Below are positions 11,876 to 25,429 of a stretch of 64,000 nucleotides of DNA, piece after piece; position 1 is the stretch's first letter; every line of letters starts with the position of its first letter. A program made the translations under genes and the position numbers. This DNA comes from Octopus vulgaris (Eukaryota): NCBI GenBank assembly GCA_951406725.2, contig OX597815.1, positions 92,380,001 through 92,444,000 of the forward strand, written 5' to 3'. Under the pieces are notes generated by a model. The model made no database searches and was not told where the DNA came from. It was given only the letters and a program-made list of their open reading frames with translations.

Positions 11876-13088
11876 GTCTTGATGCAGATAACCAACACAC
11901 TGATGATGGTTTATCAATTAGACAGGACATCGCAGACACCCAACGCCATGTCAACTTTTCTGAATCTCCAGAAAATATATCTTGTTCTTCATCAGTTCGT
12001 CGATATGGAATAATTGCTGATTCTGGAACTCGAGATTGTTCTGGCTGATTTTTAGATTTTGAAATTTCATCCACTGAACATTTAGCTTGGTCTCTTGTTG
12101 GCTTTGATTGGTTTGAGCTATTTTCTTTTTTTTTAAGTTCTTCACTCATAAACAGTGGCATGTCTTCAATGATAAGAGGGTCAACTGAGTTGCAGGTCAC
12201 ATAATCAACTGGAGGGATAGAGAAGCCACTTGAGGCAGAAGTTTCTAAGGCTTCACAACTGACATCACTTGAGCTTTCACCTGTTGTTCCACTTTCTTCT
12301 TCATCCAGTAAATCTGTGACAAAATTTAAAATAACATCCGAAGTGTCTTTAGTTGGATTTGTCGTCTTCTCTGAACACTCCTCATGAGAATCTAACAAGT
12401 TGGACTGGAAAAACTTCTTATAAACTACTTTGTGACACACAGGACAAATCTTTAACGTAACATCAAAACGGTCATCAGCTTTGAATTTGCTATCATCTGT
12501 AGCAGTCTGTTCAGATACTTTACAGATACACACTTCTTTCTCTTTAGTTCTTTCCTCATCACTATCTTTCTGAGCAATTATCTTGCCCCCAGCTACATGA
12601 TGGGTAGGTGTGGTTTGTGATGTACTCATGTGTAGATTTTCAATATCTGATGGATTGTAAATACTGGTTTTGCAGCTGGTACCTTCATACCAAATACTAC
12701 CCTCACTTCGGGACATGAGGGACTCAGAAGAACTCTGTTCTGTTATGTTTGTAAAACGACCTGGTAAGGATCCCCCAACCATAGGAGGGTAACTATAGTC
12801 ATTACCAAAAAGTTGTTCTCGGATCATTTGATGCGAATAAAATGTAGCACATTCGGCAGAGTTTTCATCTAGATTGACACAAGGGGTGGAACCAGTGATG
12901 TCAAAGCTGTTGTCTACCGAAGAACTGTGTCCAAGAAAGGCAGCACTGATGCTATCTGTATCAGAAATGGAATGTCTGTCAGGAGGTAAATTAATCTGTA
13001 ACGGTTGCCAAGTTTTGCCACTCAATTCATCTGGTTTCACTCCAAATCGAAAATAAACAGCCTCACTGTTTAATCCAATTCCAAAAAC
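11876..13088 (-). CDS. TECPR1: TECPR1 coding exon 8 (end of first propeller plus long acidic/Ser-rich linker)
   Basis: tttcag|VFGIGLNSEAVYFRFGVKPDELSGKTWQ...LTWRWVSAMSCLIDKPSSVCWLSASR(c)|gtaagt; 1213 nt open frame inside ORF 11622..13235; ends in phase 1. Confidence 0.92.
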
Positions 13089-14840
13089 CTGAAATGGAAC
13101 AGAAATATTAGAATGATAAGAGAATATATTGTACTGGTTGTTGTTTAGCACTTGGTCATCCCTCATCCAGCAGTGTGTTCTAAATACATTTGAACCTGAG
13201 GCTATGGTAGAAGATACTTTCCCCAGATGCTGCATGCAGTGAAATCAAACATGTAAAACAAGTGGTTGTGAAGTGAACTTCTTAACCACACAGCCAAGCC
13301 TGTGCCTATTGTCACTTAATCAACTAAGCATTGTCACATAAATCAATGAGGGAGCCTCTTACATGGTTACATTACCTGTTAGAAATAGAAGCCAAATCAC
13401 CTCATTTACACCTTATTTTCTTAAAAAAAAGGGGGTATTTTAGAAAACATAGTCAAAGTTATAGAAAGATAGGTTGATCAAAGTTGAAACTTTGATCACA
13501 GATTAGTAATCAAGAGGACTAAACAACAATGTTAATAATCCATCCATTGCCATTTCTTCACTTAAATATAATGATATTAATATTTTATGGTTGATGCAAT
13601 ACTAAATACGTGCAGTCCTATATTCTTGTTGAGAGCAATGAAATAAATGAGGCCTACATATAAATGTTTGTAATTCAGGCACAAGACTAGAAATTTTGAA
13701 GGAAGTGGGTTACTTAATACCATAGACCAAATACCTAACTGGGACTTTATTTTATTGACCTCAGAAGGATGAAAGGCAAAGTGGACCACGTCAGGATTTG
13801 AACTTAGAATGTAAAGAGCATGAAGAAATACTTCAAGGCATTTTATCAGGCATTCTATGTCCATATGAAGTCCAATATATTAATGCCTGAAGCAGAATTT
13901 GAACATGTGTTGTATGAACAACAAATGGAGTAACTTGATTACACTACCTTATTTCTTCAGTGAACACTGGAAATGTCATAAATAATTACTGAAGATACAG
14001 AGAGAATGGCTATTTCAGAACAAATGATATAAAGACAGTGTTTTAACTCGTTATAATGGGAGACACAGTGCTGAGTTGAGTGTCACTATATAGTCTTGAA
14101 TGACGCTATACAGTGTTGGATGACACAGGGCAGTGTTCATGGTGCAAAAGCTGAGCAAGCTTCAAGGTAATAGCTTTATGCTAGATTTAATACTGACTAA
14201 TCAGAAAATAGACAGTTTCAATACTGAGCAAAAACAACTATTTGAGAATTTAAAATAAAATCAGTTTTCTTATATTAATTTTAATCAATATACAAGTGTG
14301 AGCCCCTGGGGCAGTAGTTGTTACACACATATCTTAGAAGGTATCCCTGTAAAGTCCATTCACTTCTGGTTCACAGATATTCTGTTTCTTCTACCATTAT
14401 AATGGCTTCTGCTCTTTCAAACTCAAAACCTATCCAACCCACAAGATGTAACCCTCCTTTCTTCTCATATTACCACTCCTACTGTCTCACCCTACACCAA
14501 ACATTTTCCACATTCATTGCTTCCTGGACATGCAGTTGTCTATATTCATTCTGCTACCCACACTTTCACTACAGACATCAATCTACAGAAATTGAAGTTG
14601 AACGTCATTTGTATAGATGTCTTTTGTCTGGGAAAATCTGAAAAGATCAAGGACACATTTTTATCCTTTTCTAGAGAAGATAATAATAAAAGAAACAAAA
14701 CAACCTTTCCTTATTGAAGAACATGAAATGACATTTTCAACAGTGAATTATGTTTTGAAATTGTTACTTGAAACATATTAACTATTAGTATTTGTTGATA
14801 AAAGTCAGAAGTAATATTAGGTATAAAATCTGTGGTTTAC

Positions 14841-14963
14841 CTGGTCATTTGGTCCAACAGATATTACTGACATAAGACCAACCATCTCTACCCAAATTGT
14901 TCCAGTGACAGCAGATAAGTCGTTTTCAACATCACTTTCCCTTATTCCCTTGCGGAACCATAC
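14841..14963 (-). CDS. TECPR1: TECPR1 coding exon 7 (tectonin repeat)
   Basis: tttcag|VWFRKGIRESDVENDLSAVTGTIWVEMVGLMSVISVGPNDQ|gtaaac; 123 nt; human VWFRRGV...GTSWIEMVGEMTMVNVGMNDQ. Confidence 0.94.
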
Positions 14964-15216
14964 CTGAAACACAGAGCAGTCAGTATGTGCCAAATAATGA
15001 TTATTTATGTACAGAGGTATTTATTAGCTTCTTTTGAGAAAAGAACAAACACCCTGTAGAATGAAGGAGAATAGGAATTGTATTGTTCATGGTTTTCTCA
15101 ACAGTGTTAGAAGTATATGTACAGTTAAATCGTTCAAATTTAGAATTGAAATTATGTTGACACAGCATTTGGTATTGATATATATGTGCGTGTATGTGTG
15201 TGTGTGTGTGTGTATA

Positions 15217-15795
15217 CAGGGTGTCCCAAAAAAATGTATACACACTTTAGCAGCTGATAACTCAACTAATGTTTTTTTTCTTTTCAGATGAAACACTTTG
15301 GAATTAATGATGACAGTCAGACTAAGCTCTAAACAAAGGAAATTCATTCTAAAATGCTACTGGAAATGTGAAAATGCAGTTGAAGTGCAAAGACAGTTTA
15401 GGAGGGAGTTTCAAATAGATCCACCAATGCGACTCACCACCACTCGAATTAGAGATAAGTTTGGAGCTGATGGAACAGTTCAGAATGTCCATAAGAAGCA
15501 TTCCAGAAAACCACGAACATCAACAACCCTCACAAAGCAAGAAGGAATACTGGAAACATATCACCAAAGTCCAAAAACATCTGTGAGGCAAGTGAGTCAT
15601 GAGGTAGGTATTCCAAAATCATCTGTCCAACGCATTAGAGAAGACTTTAAAGATGGGGAGTTTTATTTTCAGGAAGACTGGGCACCCCAACACTACCATT
15701 AACTATGTTAGATCCTTCCATGATGAGATCCTGCCAAACAGGTGGATTGGACAAAGGGGTTTCGTTGAATACCCTCCACGTTCACCAGACTTTTC
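15217..15795 (+). mobile_element. Internally deleted Tc1/mariner-superfamily transposon (HTH plus end of DDE), truncated by a LINE
   Basis: TA|CAGGGTGTCCC terminal repeat; ORF 15298..15702 QRKFILKCYWKCENAVEVQRQFRREF (DUF4817-type HTH); FYFQEDWAPQH and RWIGQRG..EYPPRSPDF (WPPRSPDL motif). Confidence 0.8.
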
Positions 15796-16925
15796 TGAAA
15801 ATGTGCAGAAAACAACTTCCGTCACATTACAGGGGGAAAAACTGCAAGTAGTTGATATATATATACATAACCTAGGTGACCAAGTCTGTAGCTGGGGTGG
15901 GTGCTCTGAAAGTGTAGCCACTAGAATAAGAATAGCCTGGGCAAAGTTCAGAGAGCTCCTACCTCTGCTGGTGACAAAGGCCTCTCGCTCAGAGTATAAG
16001 GTAGACTGTATGATGCATGTGTGCAAACAGCCATGCTACATGGCAGTGAAACATAGGCTGTGACTGCTGAGGACATGCATAAGCTTGCAAGGAATGAAGC
16101 TAGTATGCTCTGCTGGATGTGTAGTGTCAGTGTGCATACACAACAGAGTGTAAGCACACAGAAAAGTTGGACTTCAGAAGCATCAGATGTGGTGTGCAAG
16201 AGAAACGGCTGTGCTGGTATGGTCATGTGTTGCATATGAATGAGGACAGCTGTGTGAAAAAGTGTCACACCCTAGCAGTAGAGGGAACCTGTAGAAGAGA
16301 TAGACCTAGGAAGATCTGGAATGAGATAGTGAAGCACGACCTTCGAACATTGGGCCTCGCCGAGGCAATGACAAATGGCCAAGACCTTTGGAGATATGCT
16401 GTGCTTGAGAAGACCCAGCAAACCAAGTGAGTCCCTGTAACCATGGCCTATGCCAGTGCAGCTTAACCAGCCCATTTAAGAGTACCTTCAATCACTGGGC
16501 AATAAACGCTTGCGAAGACCTGTTGAGGCAAGTGAAATCGTTGTTGTGGCTGATGACAGTACTGCCTAATTGGCACCAGTTCCAGTGGCACATTAAAAGC
16601 ACCATTCAAGCATGATTGTTGCCAGTGTCACCTGACTGGCCCCCATGCCAGTGGCACCATTCAAGCATGATTGTTGCCAGTGCCACCTGACTGACTCCCA
16701 TGCCAGTGGCACCATTCAAGCATGGTGGATGCCACTTGTAAACGTAAAAAGCACCCAATACACTCTCAGAGTGGTTGGCATTTGGAAGGGCATCCAGCTG
16801 TAGAAACTTTGCCAGATGGGACTGGAGATTGGTACAGCCTTCTGGCTTGCCATCCCCCAGTCAAACCATCCAACCCATGCCAGCATGGAAAGCGGATGTT
16901 AAACGATGATGATGATAATGATGAC
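15796..16925 (+). mobile_element. 5'-truncated RTE-type LINE with (GAT)n tail
   Basis: LGDQV..GGCSESVATRIRIAWAKFRELLPLL; RLCWYGHVLHMNEDSCVKKC; 3'UTR with a short internal tandem repeat and gatgatgat tail. Confidence 0.88.
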
Positions 16926-18105
16926 ACATACACACATATTTATCCATATGCATTACATATGCAAACACATGCATTATATTTATGCATACACAATACATCC
17001 TTCCCTCTATACACAAACGTATACAGCACATGGATATATATTATATTATTTAAATCAAGAACAAGAATGAAACATATTTTTTATCTGGAAACTGGATCAA
17101 TATATTTAAATCTTTCACAGCTTTCATTCCACCATTATTTAGATTTATTCTCAGGAACACTGAACTGCAGAATAACAGACACTGACATCATTGCTGAGAT
17201 ACGACAACATTATTTCCAGTAAACTACTAATACCATAACCTTCCCAATACAACTATTTTCACTTTCTCCAAAATAGTCTATTTTTGAAATATATTAAATA
17301 TGTTTGAAAATTTTATGTATAAATCTCGTGAAATGCAAATAGTATAACGAATTTTTTAAATCTCATTTCCTTATCACACTTGATTTACAAAAAAATTCAT
17401 TCAAAATCAAATATCCGTTAATTATGGATTTATAACCCAAATATTCATCATTAATTTATAACCCATTCATTGTTGATTTATAAACTAAATATCCATTCAG
17501 TGTTGATTTCTGGATGTAACACTATTTGCTTTGTCAGCCAAGGGCTGTTATTTTGTTATCTTTATGAGCATTGTGTTTGGTAGATAATGTATATAGTGCC
17601 ATTGGTTTTATGTTGCTAATTATAAATGACAGAACTGCTAGTTGTTCAGACAGTTTAGTGCTTTAGAATGAGTCAAGCAGAAGCTTCTACATAGTTATCA
17701 GCCTCCAGCAATTAACAGCCAAGTCATCAAAGTTTACCTTTCTATTTTATATTCTACCATCATCAATACTACTATTACCACGACCTCCAACTTATTAGAA
17801 ATGACAACCTAACAACACTCAAATAGCACCCACTGTCTAAAAAAGGAAAGACACATTGGATAGTCTTACACTATGTTATAGAAAAAGATGAGGTGATCAT
17901 GAGCAGAATTCCTTTTATCATGTCAACTCACTCAGAATTAACTGAGAGTTTTTATTGCCTCCACAGTGCTTACCGTTTTACAAAATCAAACTAGAAAACT
18001 GGACAAAACAGTGAACACAATTGGAAAAAGAAAAAAAGAGAAAAAAGGAAAAACAAAACAATTCACCACCTAGGATTGAAAAGTTGGGGGCACTGGGAAA
18101 CCTTT

Positions 18106-19240
18106 CTAATGGCTATTGAAGCATGCCAGCATGCTTGCAGCGTTACCATGGGTGATGGCGAGGCTGATGCACTGGAACAGCCAAGCATCCTCATGAGCCT
18201 CACCAGTTACCTCTGCAAGGCGATTTGCCACTGGAGACAGGAATCTCACAGTTAGTGGTCCAACCCCACCAAATGTCTCGAACGCCACAGGATGGAAAAT
18301 GTAGTTGGCTGACAGATTATTTCAAGATTTTGTTCCGCTTGGCTGCAGAAGCTGTGGATCTTGTCCTGACCACAACATCCAGGATGTGAGAAGAAGCAAA
18401 GGCGTCACTAACAATGACATCCCAGACAAGACATCTGTCTTGCAACCAGTGGCACAGGGTGAGGCTGTTAGGTCTCTTCCCATCACATCTGGACAATCCA
18501 GATGGTTCCAAAATGGAGGGGATGTTTGCCCAGGCCAAGCTCCTCTTGAGTATCAGGTTCAACTCCATATGACGTGTGAAGTGACCAGCATTCAGGCAGC
18601 AAGAAAGGCCATGGAGGCCTGAGGAGTCGAGGAGCCTGCCACAACAACAGATCAAACCCATGCATACATCAGCTCCCACTCTGAGGGCAATGGAGACACG
18701 AAGTTTGTCCAAGCATCAGTTCAATCACCTGGGTATTTGGCGCTAAAAGACAGTAAGCGGCACCTTGAAAACTGGTCCAATTGGATGATGAGGGAGTCGA
18801 AGGGCGGCTTTGAAATTATGTTCTCCCAAGCTCTCTGACTCCGACAATCCTCCACCTTCTCAGGAGCAGACAAGTTCAATTCCCTCCAGTGTTGGAGAGC
18901 TTCATCCAACTACCTGTTGGAACTGATCTATGTTGGAGAAGATGTTCACAAGGGCGGAGCAGGTGTGGGTGGAGGATGGGAATCTGGGGAGAGAGAGAGA
19001 GAGACGAACACTTATGAAGACCAAGACCTCCAAATCGCTTGGGCAATGCAGCCTGATTGCGGGATGTTGGAAAGAGTCTGACATTGACTAAGCATTGGAG
19101 TCTCTCAAAGATTAGGTTGTCAAAGCATTGGAGGCATGATGGGAACTGGTAAGATGAGCTGACTCTGAGTAAATATAGAAGCTTAGGGATCACTACCACC
19201 CCAAACTGTATCTGCTTGATGTGCCAAACAGTAGCGATAT
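18106..19240 (-). mobile_element. Decayed CRE-like non-LTR retrotransposon (RT thumb plus restriction-like endonuclease)
   Basis: IPKLLYLLR, QAALPKRFGGLG, CCCG..DSSGLHGLSC, RHMELN, LEPSGLSRCDGKRP, LVWDV, AFETFGGVG across frameshifted ORFs 18876..19199, 18317..18712 and 18106..18288. Confidence 0.78.
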
Positions 19241-19879
19241 CTTCCTCAAATTCTTTTAAAAGTACTTATAGCATCTTTTGTCCTGCACTACACCATCATC
19301 ATCATCATCAAGAACAACACAAAGAGGAGATGGAGGTAGAGGAGGAGAAGGAAGAGATGGTCACAGCTGGAACACCATTAATTCTACCACTCGGTATTCT
19401 GATTATCAAGTGAAGGTAGTCAAAAACTACTAATGACAAATGCACTCTTCTAGCTATGTTCTCCAGCTTATAAGTATATGCTAATGGTAGCGTCTTTCAC
19501 TCAGATCATACTCACCACTCTCATCCACCTTTCAATTTGACTATAAAGGAAAGACTATCTTCATTCTTTTCAATCTTGATCACTATACAACCTCTTTCAT
19601 CATAACCACCTGATAAAGGAAAACTGCCTGCCCTTTCTGACCAAAGGAAGGTAGTGGCACAATTCTCATGATGAACATTGCTGATAATAACGTGTTTTTA
19701 TTATAAGTGCTTAAAATATTTACAGTTGATTAGACGGGTAGTCTCAAGAGAAAATTACAGATCAGACAAGATATCTAATTAAGAGTGAAGAGTGATAAAT
19801 ACATGTAACCAATTACTGTTCTAATCTCATTGAGCCAATATACATAATACCTCTGCATGAGAATAAAATAGATTCTTAC

Positions 19880-19980
19880 CTGTCCGTCCCTACTGAGGGC
19901 CCACACTGTGTCTTTACCAACAGCAACTTGCATCAATTTGGCTGAGGCTGAAGGAGGACTAACCTCAATCCACTGAGTTC
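19880..19980 (-). CDS. TECPR1: TECPR1 coding exon 6 (tectonin repeat)
   Basis: ttcag|(G)TQWIEVSPPSASAKLMQVAVGKDTVWALSRDGQ|gtaaga; 101 nt, phase 1/0. Confidence 0.93.
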
Positions 19981-21319
19981 CTGAAGAATACATGACAAAG
20001 GATCAGAGAGTAGTGGGGAGAGATAAGAAGAGAGACACGAGATGAACAAATACAGAAAGACAGATAAAAGAGTTTATTAGAGAACAATACACAATTAGAA
20101 AACATTAGTGCTGTGGGAAAGGAGAAACAAGCAGAGAAGTAAACTAACAAACACTAGAAAGGCAGATTGACAGAGAAGTGTGCATATAAGAAACTGAAAC
20201 TAAAGTTTAAAATAAGGAAGAAAAATCTACAATATTAAGGATATACCACACACACAAACACACACATACATAATTGTCATCATCATCATCGTTTGATGTC
20301 TGTCTCCCGTGCATGCATGGGTAGGATGGTTGACAGGAGCCAGCCAGGTACAAAACTACGCAAGGCTACTGTGTCCGTTTTGGCAGGGTTTTTATGGCTG
20401 GATGCCCTTCCTGGCACCAACCTCTTTGTGGAGTGGACTCAGTACTTTTTATGTGACACTAACACAGGCGAGGTTAGTTTTGGCATGATTTTTACAGCTG
20501 GATGCCCTTCCAAATGCCAACCACTTTACAGTATGGATTGGATGCTTTTTACCTGGAAGAAGCACTGGCAGGGTCACTAGGTAACTCGCAAGAAAAGGAA
20601 TTATGAGAGGGGCAGGGGCATTTGAGGAGGGGAACTTGTGTCAGAGGATGAAAGGTTAGAGTGTGACAGAGAGACAGAGGGGCAGAAACAGGTATCTTGC
20701 TACAAGGGGGGGGCATTGGAGAGGGTAATCCTATATCAGATGATGAAAGGTTAGAGTGTGACAGAGAAATAGAGAGGCAGAAATAGGTGTCTTACTATAG
20801 AGGAGGTACATGGTTACAGAGGGAGAGAGAGGGGGAGAGAGCAAGAGAGAGAGAGAGAGGGAGGAACAAGAAAGAAGACAGAAACAGGTGTGATGATGTA
20901 AAGGAGATACTTGGTAACCTAGTCAGAGGAAAAACAAGAGAAGAGGGGGAGAGAAAGTGAGCAAAAATGAAGACAGAAATAGGTGTGCTGCTATACAGGA
21001 AATACATGGCTGCCCAGCCAAAAGGAAGATCAAAGGAAAGAGAGACAGAAAGAGCAAGAAGCAGCAAAAGTATAAGAGAGAGTAGGGGAGAGTACATATA
21101 TATGATTATATACGAACATATATATAGTTGAGATTTACAGAAAAACAAAAGATGTATAAAGAAGCAGGTGTATTAGTTTGACACTCGGGAAGGTGAGAAA
21201 GTCTTTTATACTTCGAGCCTAGGCTCTTCAACAGAAAAGAACACGAGGAAATAAACAGAGAATAAAAAAACTATATGTGTGTGTGTGCTCATATGTATGT
21301 ATACATAGGACAGGATACA

Positions 21320-21841
21320 GGTACATACATACATACATATATATATATACATACATACATACATATATATACATACATACATACATACATGCATATATAT
21401 ATATACATACATGCATATATATATATACATACATGCATATATATATATACATACATACATGCATATATATATATATATACATACATGCATATATATATAT
21501 ATATACATACATGCATATATATATATATATACATACATGCATATATATATATATACATACATGCATATATATATATATATACATACATGCATATATATAT
21601 ATATATATACATACATGCATATATATATATATACATACATGCATATATATATATATACATACATGCATATATATATATATACATACATGCATATATATAT
21701 ATATATACATACATGCATATATATATATATACATACATGCATATATATATATATACATACATGCATATATATATATATATATACATACATGCATATATAT
21801 ATATATATACATACATGCATATATATATATATATACATACA

Positions 21842-21887
<46 letters not shown>

Positions 21888-21900
21888 CATACATGCATAC
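21320..21900. repeat. Compound microsatellite (CATACATGCA(TA)n)n
   Basis: Directly visible; the overlapping Y/I/M/C/H-rich ORFs are artefacts. Confidence 0.97.
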
Positions 21901-22660
21901 ATCATCATCATCATCATCATCGTTTAGCGTCCGTTTTCCATGCTAGCATGGGTTGGACGGTTCTACTGGGGTCTGTGAAGCCAGAAGGCTTCATCAGGCC
22001 CAGTCAAATCTGGCAGTGTTTCTACGGTTGGATGCCCTTCCTAACGCCAACCACTCCGTGAGTGTAGTGGGTGCCAGACAGAGCTGGCAAACGGCCACGA
22101 ACGGATGGTGCTTTTTATGTGCCACCGGCACGGGGGCCAGGCGAGGCTGGCAACGGACACAAAACGGGGCGGTGCTGGCAACGGTCGCGAAACGGAAAGT
22201 TCTCTTACATGCCACCGGCACTGGTAACACATCTGCAATTTCCATTGATCGATTTCCATTGATCGATTTCGATTCTGATCCTCACTTGCCTCAACGGGTC
22301 TTCACAAGCAGAGTTTTGACATGCCACCGGCACTGGTAGCACATCCGCAATTTCCATTGATCGATTTCGATTCTGATCCTCACTTGCCTCAACACGTCTT
22401 CACAAGTAGAGTTTTGTGTCCCAAGAAGGGAAGGTATGCATACGTAGGCTGGCTCCATCCCATGTAGAAGGCCACGGGTTATGGACTCACTTGTCCTGCC
22501 GGGTCTTCTCGCGCACAGCACACTTCCAGAGGTCTCGGTCTCTAGTCATTTCCTCAGTGAGACCTAAAGTTCGAAGGTCGTGCTTCACCACATCGTCCCA
22601 GGTTTTCCTGGGTCTGCCTCTTCCACAGGTTCCCTCAACCGCTAGGGTGTGGCACTTTTT
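21900..22660 (-). mobile_element. Young 3' fragment of the RTE-type LINE embedded in microsatellite
   Basis: [38 protein letters not shown]; CpG-rich 3'UTR; near-identical to 39880..40655 in reverse. Confidence 0.9.
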
Positions 22661-22692
<32 letters not shown>

Positions 22693-23268
22693 CATACATG
22701 CATACATATATATATACATACATACATGCATACATACATATATATATATACATACATACATATATATATATATACATACATACATGCATACATATATATA
22801 TATATACATACATACATGCATACATATATATACATACATACATGCATACATATATATACATACATACATGCATACATATATATATATATATACACATACA
22901 TACATGCATACATATATATATATATACATACATGCATACATATATATATATATATACATACATGCATACATATATATATATATACATACATGCATACATA
23001 TATATATATATACATACATGCATGCATACATATATATATATACATACATGCATACATATATATATATATATACATACATGCATACATATATATATACATA
23101 CATGCATACATATATATATATACATACATGCATACATATATATATATATATATACATACATACATACATGCATATATATATATATATATACATACATACA
23201 TACATACATACATACATACATACATACATACATACATACATACATGCATGCATGCATGCATATATATA
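22661..23268. repeat. Compound (CATA)n/(TA)n microsatellite
   Basis: Directly visible. Confidence 0.97.
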
Positions 23269-24374
23269 TTGTCAGTTACAATAATGAGGATTCCAGTTGG
23301 GCAATGGAACAGCCAGCTTGTAAAGTTAACATGCAAATGGCTGAGCACTCTACAGATACACATACCCTTAATGTAGTTCTCAGGGAGATTCAGAACGACA
23401 CAAAGTGTCATACAGGTACTACATATTTTTGCCAGATGAGTGGACTAGAAAAACATGAAATAAAGTGTCTTGCTCAAGGACACAATACATCACCGGGAAT
23501 TGAACTCATGGCTTTATGATTGTGAGCTGAATACCCTAACTGCTTAGCCACACTCTTTCACTATGCATACACACACACATATACATATGTATAAGAGTAG
23601 CAAACGAATTGTATCAAGTTGCTGAAGTATTAGTGGCCCATCCTCTTTTTTTTGTAAATATCTAAATTTAAAAGAAAAAAGTAAAAAATAAAAAAAACCC
23701 TGTTAAACTGTCCTAGTTTGTAACATACACCTCAATGAGTCACACAAATACACACAGCCTCACACATATTCTCTCCCATTTATCCCATCGTTCAATCAGC
23801 TGAACAACATACAGATTGAATAAGCATGTGAAGTGGCTGAGTAACCCACAGATACATAAACTCTGAATACTTGAATAATAGATACAGTCCATCTGAGAAG
23901 TTTCTACACATTTCTCATCCATTTAATTGTACTCACAATGCTTCAGCTGACCAGAGGTCACAGTAAAAGACATTTTCTGAAGGTGACATCCAGTGGATGT
24001 GAGCTCAGGACTACATAGTTGTGAAACAATCTTCTTAACTACCCAGTCGTACCTAAATTCTGTCCTATATATATAGCTGGCTGTGATTAAATACAGGAGC
24101 TGGCAAGTAAATACCAAATACACAGAGTTGAAACGCTGTTTGATTTTTCTTTTGAGCATTGAATATTCATCCCACTTTCATTGCACACACATATACACAA
24201 ACATTGACATACCTCCTTTTTACATACCCACATAAATACTCACACAGAGTTGAAACGCTCTCACAACCAGTTTGACATCACCCCTTCCTTCCTTATTCCT
24301 CTTTCACCCCCTTTCTTTCTCATTCATATGTTGTGACAGAAAAAAACACCAGAGTATTGTTATAGTAGATTTAC

Positions 24375-24552
24375 CATAAACAGAATCTCTTGAGACACCA
24401 AGTCGAACATAAGCAGTTCCATCCCAGGTGACAGACCAGACACGAGCTGTAGGTCCAATGGAAATATTGATAATACTTTGACTATTGGTGCCGATATGAT
24501 CCCAGGTTTTACCTTCTGGACAATCCCTTGTGACGCCACTGCGGACAAATAC
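24375..24552 (-). CDS. TECPR1: TECPR1 coding exon 5 (tectonin repeats)
   Basis: cacag|VFVRSGVTRDCPEGKTWDHIGTNSQSIINISIGPTARVWSVTWDGTAYVRLGVSRDSVY(G)|gtaaat; 178 nt, ends in phase 1. Confidence 0.93.
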
Positions 24553-24584
24553 CTGTGGGACAAGAAAAAATTCAGATAAAACAT

Positions 24585-24915
24585 ATGATGATGGTCATTG
24601 TGGGAATGGAAGTGGTTTTGATGGTGATGGTAGTGAAAGTAACAGTAGTGATGATGATGAGGATGATAGGTGATTAGCAGAAGGTGGAAATGATGGTGGT
24701 GGTGGTGGTGATGCTGATAATGACAAGTGGAGATGAAGGTGGAGATGGTGATGTGGAAATAGTGGTGATATTGGTGAGGAAGATGGTGATGGTTATAGAG
24801 ATAAAGGTGGTGATGGTGGTGATAGTGGAGACAGTGGTAGTAGTGAAAATGAGAATGGTTGTGGTGTTGGGGATGGCGACAAAGGTTATGATGGTAAGGA
24901 TGATGATGATGATGT
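24585..24915. repeat. Degenerate (ATG/GTG)n trinucleotide low-complexity tract
   Basis: gatggtggtggtgatg runs; the His-rich ORF 24360..24977 is an artefact. Confidence 0.85.
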
Positions 24916-25072
24916 TTACAAATGTGATGCATGTGTGTGTGTGTGTGTGTATGAAAATATGTATATATGACTGACACTGTTGGTGGTGGTGGGTAGCAAC
25001 AATGGCAATACTGCCACTGCCGCCGCCACCACCACCTCCTGAGACCTTGATGAGATAAAGAGATATAGTTAC

Positions 25073-25195
25073 CTGACCATCAACTGTAACTGCCCAGACA
25101 CACAGGTGTCCAAGTGGTTGATTAGGAAGTTCAAAGCCACCAACTGCAATATCAATGAAAGCTTCTTTGTGGCTTTCAATGGTGAGATCAGGGAT
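25073..25195 (-). CDS. TECPR1: TECPR1 coding exon 4
   Basis: ttccag|IPDLTIESHKEAFIDIAVGGFELPNQPLGHLCVWAVTVDGQ|gtaact; 123 nt; matches human FNDLSVGGWEITEEPVGRLSVWAVSLQGK. Confidence 0.93.
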
Positions 25196-25429
25196 CTGGA
25201 AAACAATTGACAAATAGATAACAATTTCATATGCATTCATTCGTTGTCTCTACATCATCTCTCCATTTATCTAATAGTTTAGTCAGAGAAAAGGTAATGC
25301 CTACTGACTTTTTACAGGGACATTATGACTAATGGGAGTGAAGAATCTAAAGAAAATGAGTTACTGCTGTAGGAAGCAGTACATCAATATACTGAGTTAT
25401 ATATATATATATATATATATATATCTTTT

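Noticed and set aside
11622-13235. 537-aa ORF as a standalone gene
   Set aside because: It is TECPR1 exon 8 plus in-frame intron flanks; splice sites at 13088 and 11876 fit the neighbouring exons.
14336-14637. Acceptor-like cttttcag| downstream of exon 7
   Set aside because: All three frames hit stops quickly and there is no similarity to TECPR1.
21206-23519. Long ORFs of 200-370 aa rich in Y/I/M/C/H (also 44833..46210 and 51622..53423)
   Set aside because: They are translations of (TA)n/(CATA)n microsatellites, which lack stop codons.
23937-24052. Exon-like block with an att|gtgagt donor (ORF 23923..24159)
   Set aside because: Weak polypyrimidine tract, an immediate stop if joined to exon 5, and no TECPR1 similarity; at most a poison exon.
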